Assembly (NCBI GenBank): GCA_963785165.1
Contig: CAWAUI010000007.1
Span: 1,032,732 to 1,096,731 of the forward strand
Origin: Thermoanaerobaculaceae bacterium
GTDB lineage: Bacteria; Acidobacteriota; Thermoanaerobaculia; Multivoradales; UBA5704
Direction: 5' to 3'
DNA: 64,000 nt
Position numbers and translations under genes: made by a program. Shown piece by piece: positions 36,843-48,975 of this stretch (position 1 is its first letter; every line of letters starts with the position of its first letter). Under the pieces are notes generated by a model. The model ran no database searches and was not told the origin of the DNA. It saw only the letters and a list, made by a program, of their open reading frames with translations.

Positions 36843-37886
36843 TTACTTCGGAATGGCCTCCACGTGGACGTCCTTGTAGACCCAGTTGTAGGAGGGCACC
36901 TCGTCCGGCGTCTTCCCCTCGGGGAAGGCCATGTCGAGGACCAGCTTGTCGTTCGTCTTGGTGGCCAGCTGGCGGACGTTGGCCCGGCCGCTCAAGACCA
37001 CCTTGTCGCCCGAGTCCGTGTCGGTGACGGTGATGGTGATCGTCCCCTTGGCCATGTCGAGGTCGTTCTCGCACCGGTAGGTGCGGCCCGGGACCGCCTT
37101 GAAGGGCTTGACCAGCTTGATCTTCTGGGGGTGGGTCAGGCCGATGCCGTAGCGGGAGAGGGCCGTGTAGGCGTCGGGGCCGCGGAAGTACAGCATGCCG
37201 ATCATGTCGAGGTTCTTGTTCAGCACGAACCAGTAGATGAGGTGCTTGGCGTCCGGATCGGGCTTGTAGAACGCTCCCACGGTGATGTCGAGCGACATCT
37301 TGATCCGGCCGTAGGTGTTCACCGGCACGGGGAAGGTGACGCGCTTGACCGGCTCACCCGGCGTAGGCTGGTGGACGATCCCCTTGGAGTCGAAGCAGAC
37401 CACCCGGGGGCCGCCGGCCGCCGTGCACGGCGTCACCGCCTTGGTCTCCACGATGAGCGAGGAGTCGACCACGGCCACGTCGCCCGTCTCCTGGTCGGGA
37501 ATCACGGCGAAGGCGTAGAAGGCGCGGTCGCAACTCACTTCCGCGCGGGCTCCGGCAATCTCCCCGCGGCCGGCGAAGAGGTCGCCAAGGTAGCGGTGCG
37601 CCCGCGGCGCCAGGGTCACGGCGACCTCGCCCAGGGACTTGCCTTCGGCGTCCTCCAGGCTCACAGAACAGTGCGCGCCGGCGCCGGCGAGGTTGGCGAG
37701 CGCCAGGCCGGACGTGCGCGAGCCGCCGGAAACAAGGCCCTTCAAGGCCAGAATGCGGCCGGGGCCACCGAGGTCCGCGGCGGCCAGCGGCCGTTCCGGA
37801 GCCGGACCGGCGTACGAGGTGACCGCCGTGAGGGCGGTGACCGCCAGGCCGGTGACGAGCAGACTGAGGCTGAGGAAACGCTTCAT
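36843..37886 (-). CDS. Secreted hypothetical protein (signal peptide)
   Basis: MKRFLSLSLLVTGLAVTALTAVTSYAGPA. There are no recognisable catalytic motifs and the frame is clean. Confidence 0.5.
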   Translation of the reverse strand: MKRFLSLSLLVTGLAVTALTAVTSYAGPAPERPLAAADLGGPGRILALKGLVSGGSRTSGLALANLAGAGAHCSVSLEDAEGKSLGEVAVTLAPRAHRYLGDLFAGRGEIAGARAEVSCDRAFYAFAVIPDQETGDVAVVDSSLIVETKAVTPCTAAGGPRVVCFDSKGIVHQPTPGEPVKRVTFPVPVNTYGRIKMSLDITVGAFYKPDPDAKHLIYWFVLNKNLDMIGMLYFRGPDAYTALSRYGIGLTHPQKIKLVKPFKAVPGRTYRCENDLDMAKGTITITVTDTDSGDKVVLSGRANVRQLATKTNDKLVLDMAFPEGKTPDEVPSYNWVYKDVHVEAIPK

Positions 37887-37954
37887 GCTTTTCTCCCTAC
37901 GGTTTTGGCGAAAAATCCGGTGCGGATTATACCGGAAGGTATACGGGACGGGCC

Positions 37955-38191
37955 TCAGCCCTCGTCGTCCCCTTCCAGGCTCTGCACGATCTGGGTGACC
38001 TCGACCTCGGCCTTGCGGATCTTCCCCCGGCAGAGGTCGAGGAGCTGGGCGGCGCGGCGCAGCTCCTCGGCCAGGCGGTCGATGTCGATCTCTTCGCCCT
38101 CGATCCGCTCGAGGATCCCTTCCAACTCGTCCATGGCCTCGCGGAAGCTCGGGTTGGCCTCGGCGGTCCCGTTGGTATTCGGCTCACTCAT
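37955..38191 (-). CDS. xseB: Exodeoxyribonuclease VII small subunit
   Basis: FREAMDELEGILERIEGEEIDIDRLAEELRRAAQLLDLCRGKIRKAEVEV. Confidence 0.85.
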   Translation of the reverse strand: MSEPNTNGTAEANPSFREAMDELEGILERIEGEEIDIDRLAEELRRAAQLLDLCRGKIRKAEVEVTQIVQSLEGDDEG

Positions 38192-39545
38192 GATTCCTCC
38201 ACTCGGCTCTGCAAGTCTCCCCCGGCGAGGCGGGTGGTGATGAGGTCTCCGGGCCTGGCGTCGCCCGGGTGGCGCAGGGTCCGCCCGGCGGCGTCCCGTG
38301 TCAGGCTGAAGCCCCGTTCCAGGGTGCGCTCCGGGGCGAGCTGGAGCGTCAGGCGCTCGATCCCCTGGAGCGTCGCGGCGGCTTCCCGCACCTGGCGCGC
38401 CCCGAGCCGGCGATCCGCCCGCCCAGCCGGACGCGCTCCCGTTCGGCCGCTTCGAGCCGGCGGGGCGTCAGCTCGATCAGGCGGCCGCGCACGGCGTCCT
38501 GCCGGCGTTCGGCGGCGCGCAGGGCGCTCTTGCCCAGGCGGGCCAGGGCGCGGGCATGCTCCTCGATCCGGTCGCCGGCGGCGGCCAGCCGCATGCGGGC
38601 CAGGCTGACTCCCCGTTCCGCCCGCCCCAGGGCCTCGCGGCTGGAGCGCAGCGGCTCCAGGGCCTCGCGCAGCAGCCGGCGCCGCAGCTCCGTCGACCGC
38701 CTGGTCGGCCGACGGCCACGCGCTCGACCAGGAACTCGGCCGCCTTGGTGGGGGTCTTGAACGCCGTGTGGGCGACCAGGTCGGCGATGGCGACGGTCGA
38801 TCTCGTGCCCCAGCCCGGTGAGGACCGGGAACGGCGCCAGCGCGATGGCCTCGGCGATCGACCCGGCTGTCGAACGCCGCCAGGTCCGTGCGCGAGCCGC
38901 CGCCGCGGATCAGCACGGCGCAGTCGATCGGCAGGCCGGCCAGAGACGACGAGGGCCGAGACCATCTCCCGCTCCGCCTCCTTCCCCTGCATGGCGGCGT
39001 GGACGAAGATCACCCGGAAGCCGTAGCCGCTCTCGGCAAGCCCGAGAGGAAGTCGTGGTAGGCGGCGCTGCCGTGCGAGGTGACCAGGGCGATCGAGAGC
39101 GGCAGGTCCGCCAGCGGCAGCCCGCGGTTGCGCTCCATGAGGCCCGCGGCGGCCAGGGCGGCCAGGGTCTCCCGCCGCCGCCGCTCCAGCAGGCCCAGGG
39201 TGAAGGCCGGGTCCACCTCGCGCACGCAGAGCTGGAGCCGGCCGCCGGGGGCGTAGAAGTCGAGGCCGCCCCGGCAGCGGATCTGGACCCCGTCCGTCGA
39301 GCCGCTGCGACGAGCGCCGAGAGCACGCGCTGGACCCTGACGGCGTCCCTCTTCCAGATCACCGCGTCGAGCTTGCCGACGATCTCGTCGCGCTCGCCCT
39401 TCTCCACCAGCTCGAAGTAGAGGTGCCCGCGGGCGCTCGGCCGCACGCGCTGCGCCTCGCCCACCACCCACACGGAGGGGAACGCCTCGCCCAGGAAGTC
39501 GCGGACCTCCCCGCAGAGCTGCGGCGACGCTGTAGGTAGGCTCGA
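38188..39545 (-). CDS. xseA: Exodeoxyribonuclease VII large subunit, multiply frameshifted
   Basis: N-terminal OB fold (VWVVGEAQRVRPSARGHLYFELVEKGE), a middle region (PLSIALVTSHGSAAYHDFLSGL; AVLIRGGGSRTDLAAFD) and the C-terminal end (LERGFSLTRD...) lie in different frames. Confidence 0.75.
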
Positions 39546-39559
39546 GAGAGGGAGTGTGG

Positions 39560-40132
39560 TCAGACCCGGCTCCGGTGCTTACGGGAAGAGCGGCTCAATG
39601 GTACGACTTCAGCTCCTTGGTGGAGATCGAGCGGGATCGACTCCGCCCACTCGATGGCCTTCTTCTCGCCCGCCGTCAGCTTGGAGAGGAACTCGACCGC
39701 CTCGTCGCGCTCGCGGAACAGGCGCCAGATGAAGGTGTGGCCGGCGGGAGCCGTGAAGTAGGTGTAGCTCTTGGAGCCGTTCGAGAGGTCGAAGCCCAGG
39801 TTCGACTCGCCGTTGACCCCCACGCAGGCCACGGCGATGGCGCGGTAGGCCAGGGCGAGCGCCTTGACGGCGTCCTCGTAGTCGGCCAGCTCCTCGCGCG
39901 ACAGCGGCGAGTGGTAGAGGGCGATCTTGGCTCCGTCTTCCTCCGCCAGCAGGTTGTAGGGGATGTCGTGGCGGTCCATCGCGTCCTTGGTCTCGCTGGT
40001 GGTCACGAAGACGTCCTCCGTGCCGGCGACCTTGTAGGTGATCGCGTAGACCTCCTTGTCCAACTGGGCGAACGCCTCCGACGAGGATGCTCTCATCCTC
40101 GATGGTGAAGTAGTAGAGGCGGTTCATCATGC
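39560..40132 (-). CDS. Hypothetical protein (about 190 aa), frameshifted near 40080
   Basis: MMNRLYYFTIEDE... continues as SSEAFAQLDKEVYAITYKVAGTEDVFVTTSETKDAMDRHDIPYNLLAEEDGAKIALYHSPL... in a second frame. Confidence 0.4.
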
Positions 40133-40275
40133 GTCGTGCAGCCATTCGGCTTGACCTCCGGATCCAGGGGATTCTGTACGGGTGGAACAGATGGCGGGCG
40201 AAGACCTCGCCCGGCACCTTATTGTAACAAACCGCTACGACCGCCCCTCAGAATTCCCCGGAGGGTCCAACCGGC

Positions 40276-40878
40276 TCATATCCCAGGGACGGCCGGGGGC
40301 GCTCCCGCAGGCCCAAACCCAGCAGGAGCCCGGCGGTGCAGCCCCCCAAGGTGGGCGGCGTTGTCGATGCCCGGAATGGAGAAACCGAGGAAGACGTTGA
40401 TCGCCGCCCAGCCCACGAGCTGGGAGAGCAGCCCCTTGGCCTGAGGGGTGAGGAGCTGGCGCCGCTTGAGGAGGAAGGCGATGAGGGCACCCATCACGCC
40501 GAAGATGGCCCCCGACGCACCGGCCGACAGCGACTGGGTGAACATCACGCTGGCGAGGGAGCCGGCGATGCCGCTCACGAAGTACACCAGCAGGAGCTTG
40601 CGGGAGCCGAGGATCAGCTCGAACAGGGCGCCCAGCTGCAGAAGAGCCCAGCCGTTCACCAGCAGGTGCACGAAGCCGATGTGGAGGAACATGCTGGCCA
40701 CCAGACGCCAGTACTGGTGGGAGCCCAGGACCAGAGGCGGGAAGTTCGCTCCCAGGGTCAGCAGCACCCGGGGATCGGTCGATCCGCCCAACAGCGTCTC
40801 CGCCAGGAACACGATCCCGATGAGGACGAGGAGCAGGGTGGTGACGGGCGCCTGCCGGCCGATCAGCATGGCCGGCAT
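40276..40878 (-). CDS. Rhomboid-family intramembrane protease (second copy); the C-terminus is probably frameshifted
   Basis: Rhomboid core HLLVNGWALLQLGALFE, GASGAIFGVMGALIA (GxSG), AHLGG. Confidence 0.6.
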   Translation of the reverse strand: MPAMLIGRQAPVTTLLLVLIGIVFLAETLLGGSTDPRVLLTLGANFPPLVLGSHQYWRLVASMFLHIGFVHLLVNGWALLQLGALFELILGSRKLLLVYFVSGIAGSLASVMFTQSLSAGASGAIFGVMGALIAFLLKRRQLLTPQAKGLLSQLVGWAAINVFLGFSIPGIDNAAHLGGLHRRAPAGFGPAGAPPAVPGI

Positions 40879-40905
40879 GGTATCGCGAAACGGGGCGGGG
40901 GGCCT

Positions 40906-43486
40906 TACGGGTACGTTCCTCGCGACACCCGCGCCTTGAGCCCCTTGCGGATCTTCACCTCCACGGGCCGGAACCCGTTGACGTCCGCCGGGTGGTCGGA
41001 GCTGTAGGTGAGGAGGTAGCGGCTGCGCAGCTCCTCGCCGATCTGGCCGTAGACGTTCGACAGCTCGTCGGCCCGCTCGATGAAGAAGGCCCGGCCGCCC
41101 GTGGCCGCGGCCAGCTCCTCGAGCTTCCCCCGGGGACCCGTTGCCGAGGCCGATCGTGTAGATCGTCACGCCGCTCCTCTTCGCGTAGGCCCAGGGCGTC
41201 CTCCCAGGTGGTGCTGCTCGCGGTGTCCTCGCCGTCCGTCAGCAGCACCAGGGCCCGCTGCCCCCGCTCGGCGCGGAAGTAGTAGAGCGAGGTGAGGATG
41301 GCGTCGTAGAGGGTGGTGCGGCCGAACGCGCTCAACCCTTCGAGCGCCAGGGCGGCGGCCTCGGCGTCGTCCACCGGCGGCATGAGCAGCTCCGGCCGGC
41401 CGCCGAACTGGAGCACGAAGCAGCGGTCGTCCCGCTGGAGCAGCTTCTGGACGAAGCCGGCGGCGGCCCGCTGCGCCTCGGCGAGCGAGGACACCATGGA
41501 GAAGGAGGTGTCGATGGCGATGCCCAGGGAGAGCGGCAGGTCGTCCACCTGCTCGAAGCGCACGATCTTCTGCGGCTTGCCCGCCTCCAGCACCTCGAAG
41601 TCGGAGGCCGGCAGGCCCCGCACCGGGTGGCCGGAGCCGTCCAGGGCCGCGGCGAACAGCTCGACGAGATCGACCTCGACCTCGCCGAGGTTGGCCGGTG
41701 CCCGCAGGAAGCGCACGTCCTCGGCCTGGGAGCCGTCGTCCAGCCGCGCCGTCACCGTGAGGTAGGCGAGGTCGCCTTCGGCCGGCACCTGGATCTCGTG
41801 CTGCCAGGGGGGCTGGGTGAGAGTGGCGGCCACCCGGTCGTTGACTTTGAATTCGACGCTCTCGACGCGCCGCTCCTCGGGCACCACCACCTCGGCCCGG
41901 GCGACGGTCTTGCCGCTGGCCCGTCCACCCCGCCGGGGGTCGGTGATCAGTACCCGGAAGCGCCCCCGGGCCTGGTTGACCACCAGCTGGTCCCAGGCCA
42001 CCAGCTCGCCCGCCGCGTCATACCCCTCTACGCGCACCACCTGCTCGCGGGGAGAATCGGCGAGCCGCATCTCCGCCGAGTAGGGCGGCCGGGTGCGCGT
42101 GAGCTGGGGCTGGCCGTCCAGCAGGAAGACCACCTTGCCGATGCGGTCGCCCGAGACCACCGTTTCCGCCCGCCAGACGCCCAGCAGCACCTCGGCGGGC
42201 GGCGGCAGGAGGAGCAGGGTGTCCGGCCCCGTCACACCGGAACGCACGGCTTCGCCGCCCACGGCGGCCGCCACCAGCTCGGTGGGAAGAGTCCTCTCCG
42301 GGCCACCCGGCACGTGGAACCCACGGGCCAGCCGCACCTCGGCGCCGCTCGCCTCGTCCTTGACCTTCAGCCGCAACACGAAGCTCTGGCCCGGGCGTAC
42401 GGCGCGCTCCAGGAGCAGGGCGGCGGGGGTTCCGGACGCCGGCGGTGCGATCTGGTAACGGACCCGGAAGTCCTCGAAGACCTCGCCCTCGCGCTCCAGC
42501 ACGCCGTTGACCGCCAGACGCACGCGCGGTTTGCCGTCTTTGCCCACCGGGCCCGCCATACCGGACGCCGACGGCAGGGTCACCAGGAAACGGGCGAGCA
42601 GGCGCTGCCCCTGGCGGCGGGGGAAGTCCACGTCCAGCGTGCCGGCTTCCAGGGCCTCCGGAGCCGGCGGCAGCACGGTGGCCGCCGCCTCACGGGCCCA
42701 GGCCGCGAGATCCGCCCGTCCCCAGAGCAGCACGATCCGGTCCTCGGGGCGGACCCAGCGGAAATCCGGTCCAGTCGACCCCGTCTCCGGCCCCGCCTGC
42801 TTCTCCGGCCGGTCCTCCGCCGCGTAGTCGGCATTGGCCCCCTTGACCGGCACGCCCAGGCCGTCCAAGCCGGTGGCGGCGTCCACCCGCACCGAGTCCG
42901 GGCAGAAGAAGCGGTCGATCCGCTTCTTGAGCGGCAGGCGCAGCAGGTCCCACTGGGCGAGCCAGAACTGCATCTCGCTGGTGTAGAGGGCGCGCTTGGA
43001 GTCGATGGGCAGCCAGAGGCGGAACGGCTCGCCGGCCGAGGGGCGGAAGAGCACGAGATCCTTCACCTCACCGCTCGCGCCCCGGTAGGCCCAGACCTCC
43101 AGCGGTCGGAAGGCGGCGGCGCAGTCCACCACCAGGCGCTCGACGGGCCGGCCGCGCAGGAAGAGGAGCTCCGCCCGGGCGTCCCGCGGCGAAGGGAGCT
43201 CCTGGGCCACGAGGCGCATCCGGCGCTCGATGCCCGTCCGCAGCTCGTTCTCGGGCGTCTCGGGAAGAGGATCGCGTTCGAGGAATTCCTGGATCAGCCG
43301 CTCGCGTCCGGCCTCGTCGACCCCCAGGATCTCGCTCCGCTCCTCCGCCGACAGCAAGAGGCCCGGGCCGTCCTGGTAGAAAGCCCGCTGCGGCTCCGGC
43401 CAGAGGGTGGGGTCGGACTGGGCGAAAGATGGAAGCGCGAAAAGGAGAAGGAGGACCCCTACGAAACGCCTTCCCCGTCGTCTCAC
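40906..43486 (-). CDS. VWA domain-containing protein of the Acidobacteria-type VWFA-related family (TIGR03436-like); its C-terminus has several frameshifts
   Basis: Signal peptide RRRGRRFVGVLLLLFALPSFAQS. The architecture is conserved with the upstream paralog (GPGLLLSAEERSEI..., DLVELFAAALDGSGHPV, LGIAIDTSFSM MIDAS, TIYTIGLG, GFRPVEVKIRKGLKARVSRGTYP end). Confidence 0.75.
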
Positions 43487-46050
43487 GGGTAGTACCCCCG
43501 AGCCGTACGGGCCTTCAATCCCCCCTTCTTCACCTTCACCTCCACGGGGCGGAAACCCGGCACCGCGCTGGCGTCGTTCGAGTTGTAGGCCACGAGGTAG
43601 CGGCTCCGCAGCTCGGTCTCGATCTGCTTGTAGATGTTCTGCAGCTCCTCGGGTTTGCTGGTGAAGAACGTTCGGCCGCCCGTCGCCTCGGCCAGCTCGC
43701 CCAGCTTGCCGCGGATCCCCGTTTCGAACATGGCGATGTTGAGGCCGATCGTGTAGATGGCCACGCCACTCCTCTTGGCGTACTCGATGACGTCCTTGTA
43801 GTTGATGTAGCTCGCGTTGTCGTCGCCGTCCGAGAGCAGCACCAGGGCCCGCTGCCCCTGGACGCCCCGGAAGTAGTAGAGGGTGTGCACCAGGGCGTCG
43901 TGGAGGGCGGTGTCGCCCACCGCCTGGAGCCCCTCGATGGCCTGGACCACCGCACCCACGTCGTCCGTGGGCGGCATGATCAGGCTCGGCCGGCGGGCGA
44001 AGCTCACGGCGAAGGCCCGGTCCTTGGGGCGCATGACGCTTTCGAGGAAGCCGGTGGCCGCCTTCAGCGTCTCCACCATGGAGCCGGCCATGGAGCCCGA
44101 GGTGTCGAGCAGCACGCCGAGGGTGAGCGGCAGGTTCTGGACCAGCTCGAACTTGACGATCTCCTGCTTCTTGGCCGACTCGGTGACCTCGAAGTCCGCC
44201 TGGGTCAAGTCCGTCACGAGATCGCCGGAGCGGTCCGTCACCGCCACGTACAGCTCGACCAGGTTGACCTCCACCTCCGAGACGAACTGGGGGGACCGCA
44301 GGTACCGCACGGCCTCGGCCGTGCTGGCGTCGTCGAGCGTGACCACCACCGTCAGGTAGACCAGGTCGCCGTCCGGCGGCACCGTGATCTCGGTCTCCCA
44401 GGGGGCCGTGGTGAGCGTGGCCACCGTATCGTCGTTGATCCGGAACTCCATCGACTTGACCCGCCGGCCGTCCGGCACCACCACCTCGGCGCGCGCCCGG
44501 ATCTTGCCCGAGACCTTGGTCCCCTTGGAGGGGGACACGATGCGTACGTTGAGCGCGCCGCGCGGCTGGTTGAGGATCACCTCGTCCGACACCACCAGCT
44601 TCCCCTCGGCGTCGTACCCCTCGGCGCGCACCGTCTGCTCCGTGGGGTAGCGCTCGAGGCGCACCTCGGCCGTGAACGGTTTCTTCGACGTGGTGAGCTG
44701 AGGCTTGCCGTCCACCAGGAAGGTGACCTTCTGGATGCGCTCGCCGGTGACCAGCGCCTCGGCCCGCCACAGCCCCAGCAGGATGTCGTCCGCCGGAGGC
44801 AACAGGAGCAGGCTGTCCGCGCCCGCGGACGTGGTCACGGGGATCAGCTCTCCCTTGATCGGAGCCTCCGCGGAGACGGGCATCGGCACGGGTATCGCCT
44901 CCGCAGGAACCCGGAAGCCGCGCGAAATCCACGCCTCGGCGCCGCTCGTCTCGTCGCGGATCTTCAGACGCATCACGTAATTCGCCTTGGGCCGCAACGA
45001 CTGGTCGATCGCCAGCACCACCGGCTCCCCCTTCTGGGGAAGCGGCACCTGGAAACGCATCCGGAAGTCCTGGAAGCTCTTTTCGTCCGCCTCGATCAGC
45101 CCTTCGACGATGAGCTTGACCAGGGGCTTGGCATCTTCCGACGGCTTGAACCCCGCGTCCGCCGGGAGCGCCACCACGGCGCGGGTGACCAGGCGCTGCC
45201 CATCCTTTTCAGGAAACTGAAGCTCCACTCTCTCCACCTTCAGCTCGGCGGCCAGCGGCGGCAGCTCCGTCGCCGCGGCCAGGCGCGCCCAGCGGGCGAG
45301 ATCCTTGGGAGGCTCCAGGTACGAGGCGTTGTCCTTGGGCTGAACCCGGCGGCCCTTCCCCTCCAGCGCACCCGTGAGGCCCGGCACGCCCGTGGCCTCG
45401 TCGACCTTCCGGGCCTCCTTGCAGTTCTGAAGGTCGAAGCGTACGGCACGGATCCTCCCCCGCAGCTCTTCCCACTGCTCCAGCCAGTACTCCATGAGCG
45501 GCGTGTAGAGCTGCCGCTTGGAATCGCTGGGAATCCAGAGCCGGTAGGCCTCTCCCTTGCCGGGGCTGTAGACGACCACCCCGCGCTCGATCGGCTTGCC
45601 GTCCGGAGCGGTCCCCACCGGGTAGCTCCAGACCTCCAGCGGCTTGAAGACCGCCGCGCAGTCCACCACCAGCCGGTCGGAGGGCGCCCCATTCAGGAAC
45701 AGGAGCTGCGCCCGCACGTCCCGCGGCGAGACGAACTGGTCCTGGGCCAGCTTCCAGCGCCGGGCCACACCGTCCGCCAGCTCGTTGGCGGGAGTCTCCG
45801 GCACGGGGTCTTTGGCCAGGAATTCCTTGATCCAGAGCGCCCGCGCCTCCTGGCTCAAGCCCCGCAGCTCCGTGCGCTGCTCAGGGGTGAGGAGCAGAGC
45901 CGGGCCGTCTTGCAGGAACGCCCGCTCCGCCTCCGGCCAGAGGCTGGAATCGTTCTCCTGGAGATCCTGGGCCCGCAACCGCGAGGGGTGCGACAGGGAC
46001 ACGGCGAATACGAGGAAGAGGAGAAGGAAGAGCTTGATCCAATGTCTCAC
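43483..46050 (-). CDS. VWA domain-containing protein of the Acidobacteria-type VWFA-related family (TIGR03436-like)
   Basis: The GTG start and signal peptide give IKLFLLLFLVFAVSLSHPSRLRAQD. Repeated beta-sandwich domains. C-terminal VWA with MIDAS LLDTSGSMAG, GDTALHDAL, LLSDGDDNAS. Confidence 0.85.
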   Translation of the reverse strand: MRHWIKLFLLLFLVFAVSLSHPSRLRAQDLQENDSSLWPEAERAFLQDGPALLLTPEQRTELRGLSQEARALWIKEFLAKDPVPETPANELADGVARRWKLAQDQFVSPRDVRAQLLFLNGAPSDRLVVDCAAVFKPLEVWSYPVGTAPDGKPIERGVVVYSPGKGEAYRLWIPSDSKRQLYTPLMEYWLEQWEELRGRIRAVRFDLQNCKEARKVDEATGVPGLTGALEGKGRRVQPKDNASYLEPPKDLARWARLAAATELPPLAAELKVERVELQFPEKDGQRLVTRAVVALPADAGFKPSEDAKPLVKLIVEGLIEADEKSFQDFRMRFQVPLPQKGEPVVLAIDQSLRPKANYVMRLKIRDETSGAEAWISRGFRVPAEAIPVPMPVSAEAPIKGELIPVTTSAGADSLLLLPPADDILLGLWRAEALVTGERIQKVTFLVDGKPQLTTSKKPFTAEVRLERYPTEQTVRAEGYDAEGKLVVSDEVILNQPRGALNVRIVSPSKGTKVSGKIRARAEVVVPDGRRVKSMEFRINDDTVATLTTAPWETEITVPPDGDLVYLTVVVTLDDASTAEAVRYLRSPQFVSEVEVNLVELYVAVTDRSGDLVTDLTQADFEVTESAKKQEIVKFELVQNLPLTLGVLLDTSGSMAGSMVETLKAATGFLESVMRPKDRAFAVSFARRPSLIMPPTDDVGAVVQAIEGLQAVGDTALHDALVHTLYYFRGVQGQRALVLLSDGDDNASYINYKDVIEYAKRSGVAIYTIGLNIAMFETGIRGKLGELAEATGGRTFFTSKPEELQNIYKQIETELRSRYLVAYNSNDASAVPGFRPVEVKVKKGGLKARTARGYYP

Positions 46051-46134
46051 GTGCGGCCTTTCTGCATTCCCGGTGCCATGGGGTGGGGGGCATCCGGCGC
46101 CTCCCGGTTGGCACGGGCCGATTGACAGACTACT

Positions 46135-47292
46135 ATGGCGGGACCCATGCCGAAGATCCTCCGCAATCAACCGATCCGTACCTGGGAAGCCGGCGACAGC
46201 GTCCAGGGCTTCGCGCTCCTCACCAAGAAGGAGACGCGCCAGGACCGCAACAACAAGAGCTTCCTCGACATGGAGGTCGCGGACGCCAGCGGCTCCATGA
46301 TCGCCAAGGTCTGGTCCGACAGCCCGGCTTTGAGCGCCCGCGTCGAGCCTCACCAGTTCATCGCCTTCCGCGGCTCGGTCAAGAATTACCGCGACCAGCT
46401 CCAGCTCACCATCGACGACTGCCGCGAAGCTTCCGAGGGCGACCGCCACTACGGGTTCGACGAATCGAAGCTCATCCCGTCCACACGGGAGGACATCGAT
46501 GATCTCTGGCGGCGACTGGAGCGCCTGCTCTCCGAAGACGTGGAGCGGCCCGTCCTGCGCCGCCTGGCGGCCGAGACCCTCGCCATCCACGGCAAGGCCC
46601 TGCGCGAGCATCCGGCGGCCAAGGCCATGCACCATGCCTACCGCGGCGGCCTCCTGGAGCACGTCGTTTCCATGGCCGAGCTCGGCCGGCTCGTCTGCAG
46701 CCACTACCGGGACCTCGACCGCGACCTCGTGCTGATCGGCGTCCTGTTCCACGACCTCGGCAAGCTGATCGAGCTGGGGGCCATGCCCGCCAACGACTAC
46801 ACGCTCGAAGGGCGCCTGGTCGGCCACGTGGTCATGGGCCGCGACCTGCTGATCGAGCGCTGTGCCGCCATCGAGGGCTTCCCCCGCGATCTGCGGCTGC
46901 TGCTGGAGCACATGGTCCTCTCCCACCAGGGCAAGAAGGAGTTCGCCTCCCCCGTGGAGCCCATGACGCCCGAGGCCCTGGCCCTCCACTTCATCGACGA
47001 CCTCGACTCCAAGATCAACCAGCTCCGCGCCTCGCGCGAATCCGCCCCCGGCATCCAGTTTCACCGCGGCCTTGGGCGCTACGTCTACCTGCCACCCCTG
47101 CGCACGCCGGAGGAGATCCTGGCGGACGGGGAAGACGAGAGCGAGGAGCTCGCCGCCTTCTCCGCCGAGCCCCATGCCCTGGAGGCGGCGGAGAGCGAAT
47201 TGCCGCCAGACGTCGAAGAGAGCGACGGCACCGACGAGCCGACGACGGCGGAAACCGCGGAGGTCCAGGCGCCGCTGTTCCGGGTGGAGTAA
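46135..47292 (+). CDS. yhaM: 3'-5' exoribonuclease YhaM-like (OB-fold plus HD domain)
   Basis: OB fold (GFALLTKKETRQDRNNKSFLDMEVADASGSMIAKVW) and HD domain (HHAYRGGLLEHVVSMAEL, LIGVLFHDLGK). Confidence 0.8.
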   Translation: MAGPMPKILRNQPIRTWEAGDSVQGFALLTKKETRQDRNNKSFLDMEVADASGSMIAKVWSDSPALSARVEPHQFIAFRGSVKNYRDQLQLTIDDCREASEGDRHYGFDESKLIPSTREDIDDLWRRLERLLSEDVERPVLRRLAAETLAIHGKALREHPAAKAMHHAYRGGLLEHVVSMAELGRLVCSHYRDLDRDLVLIGVLFHDLGKLIELGAMPANDYTLEGRLVGHVVMGRDLLIERCAAIEGFPRDLRLLLEHMVLSHQGKKEFASPVEPMTPEALALHFIDDLDSKINQLRASRESAPGIQFHRGLGRYVYLPPLRTPEEILADGEDESEELAAFSAEPHALEAAESELPPDVEESDGTDEPTTAETAEVQAPLFRVE

Positions 47293-47351
47293 CATTTCGC
47301 CTTCGAACGTTGGGCTGAGCTTTCCCAGAGCGGAACCAACCTAGCCGGCGG

Positions 47352-47515
47352 CTGGCGACCTTCGCCAATTCGTGGCGAGTCTCGCCAAGCCGTGGTGACC
47401 CTCGCCAGCCCGTGGTGACCCTCGCCAGCCCGTGGCGACCCTTGCCAAGCCGTGGAGACCCTCGCCGGCTCGCGGCGACCCTCACCAAGCCGTGGCGACC
47501 CTCTCCAGGAGACAT
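47352..47515. repeat. Eight tandem copies of a 21-bp unit (consensus ccgtggtgaccctcgccaagc); each unit contains the palindrome GGCGA-NNN-TCGCC
   Basis: ...tggcgagtctcgccaagccg tggtgaccctcgccagcccg tggtgaccctcgccagcccg tggcgacccttgccaagccg tggagaccctcgccggctcg cggcgaccctcaccaagccg tggcgaccctctcc... in the 367-bp gap upstream of aceA. Confidence 0.85.
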
Positions 47516-47659
47516 ACACCTTCCGCACGCATTCCCGGACGGTGGGTCTCCTTTCGAGGACGAAATTGGCGCGCTTTTCGCACAGGGAATCTGGTACCAT
47601 GGCTTTGCCGCGTCGCGGCATCGCGCTGCGGCAAAACCTCAAGAAGAGAGGGAGGATGT

Positions 47660-48958
<1,299 letters not shown>

Positions 48959-48975
48959 AGGGAGGGAGGAACACC

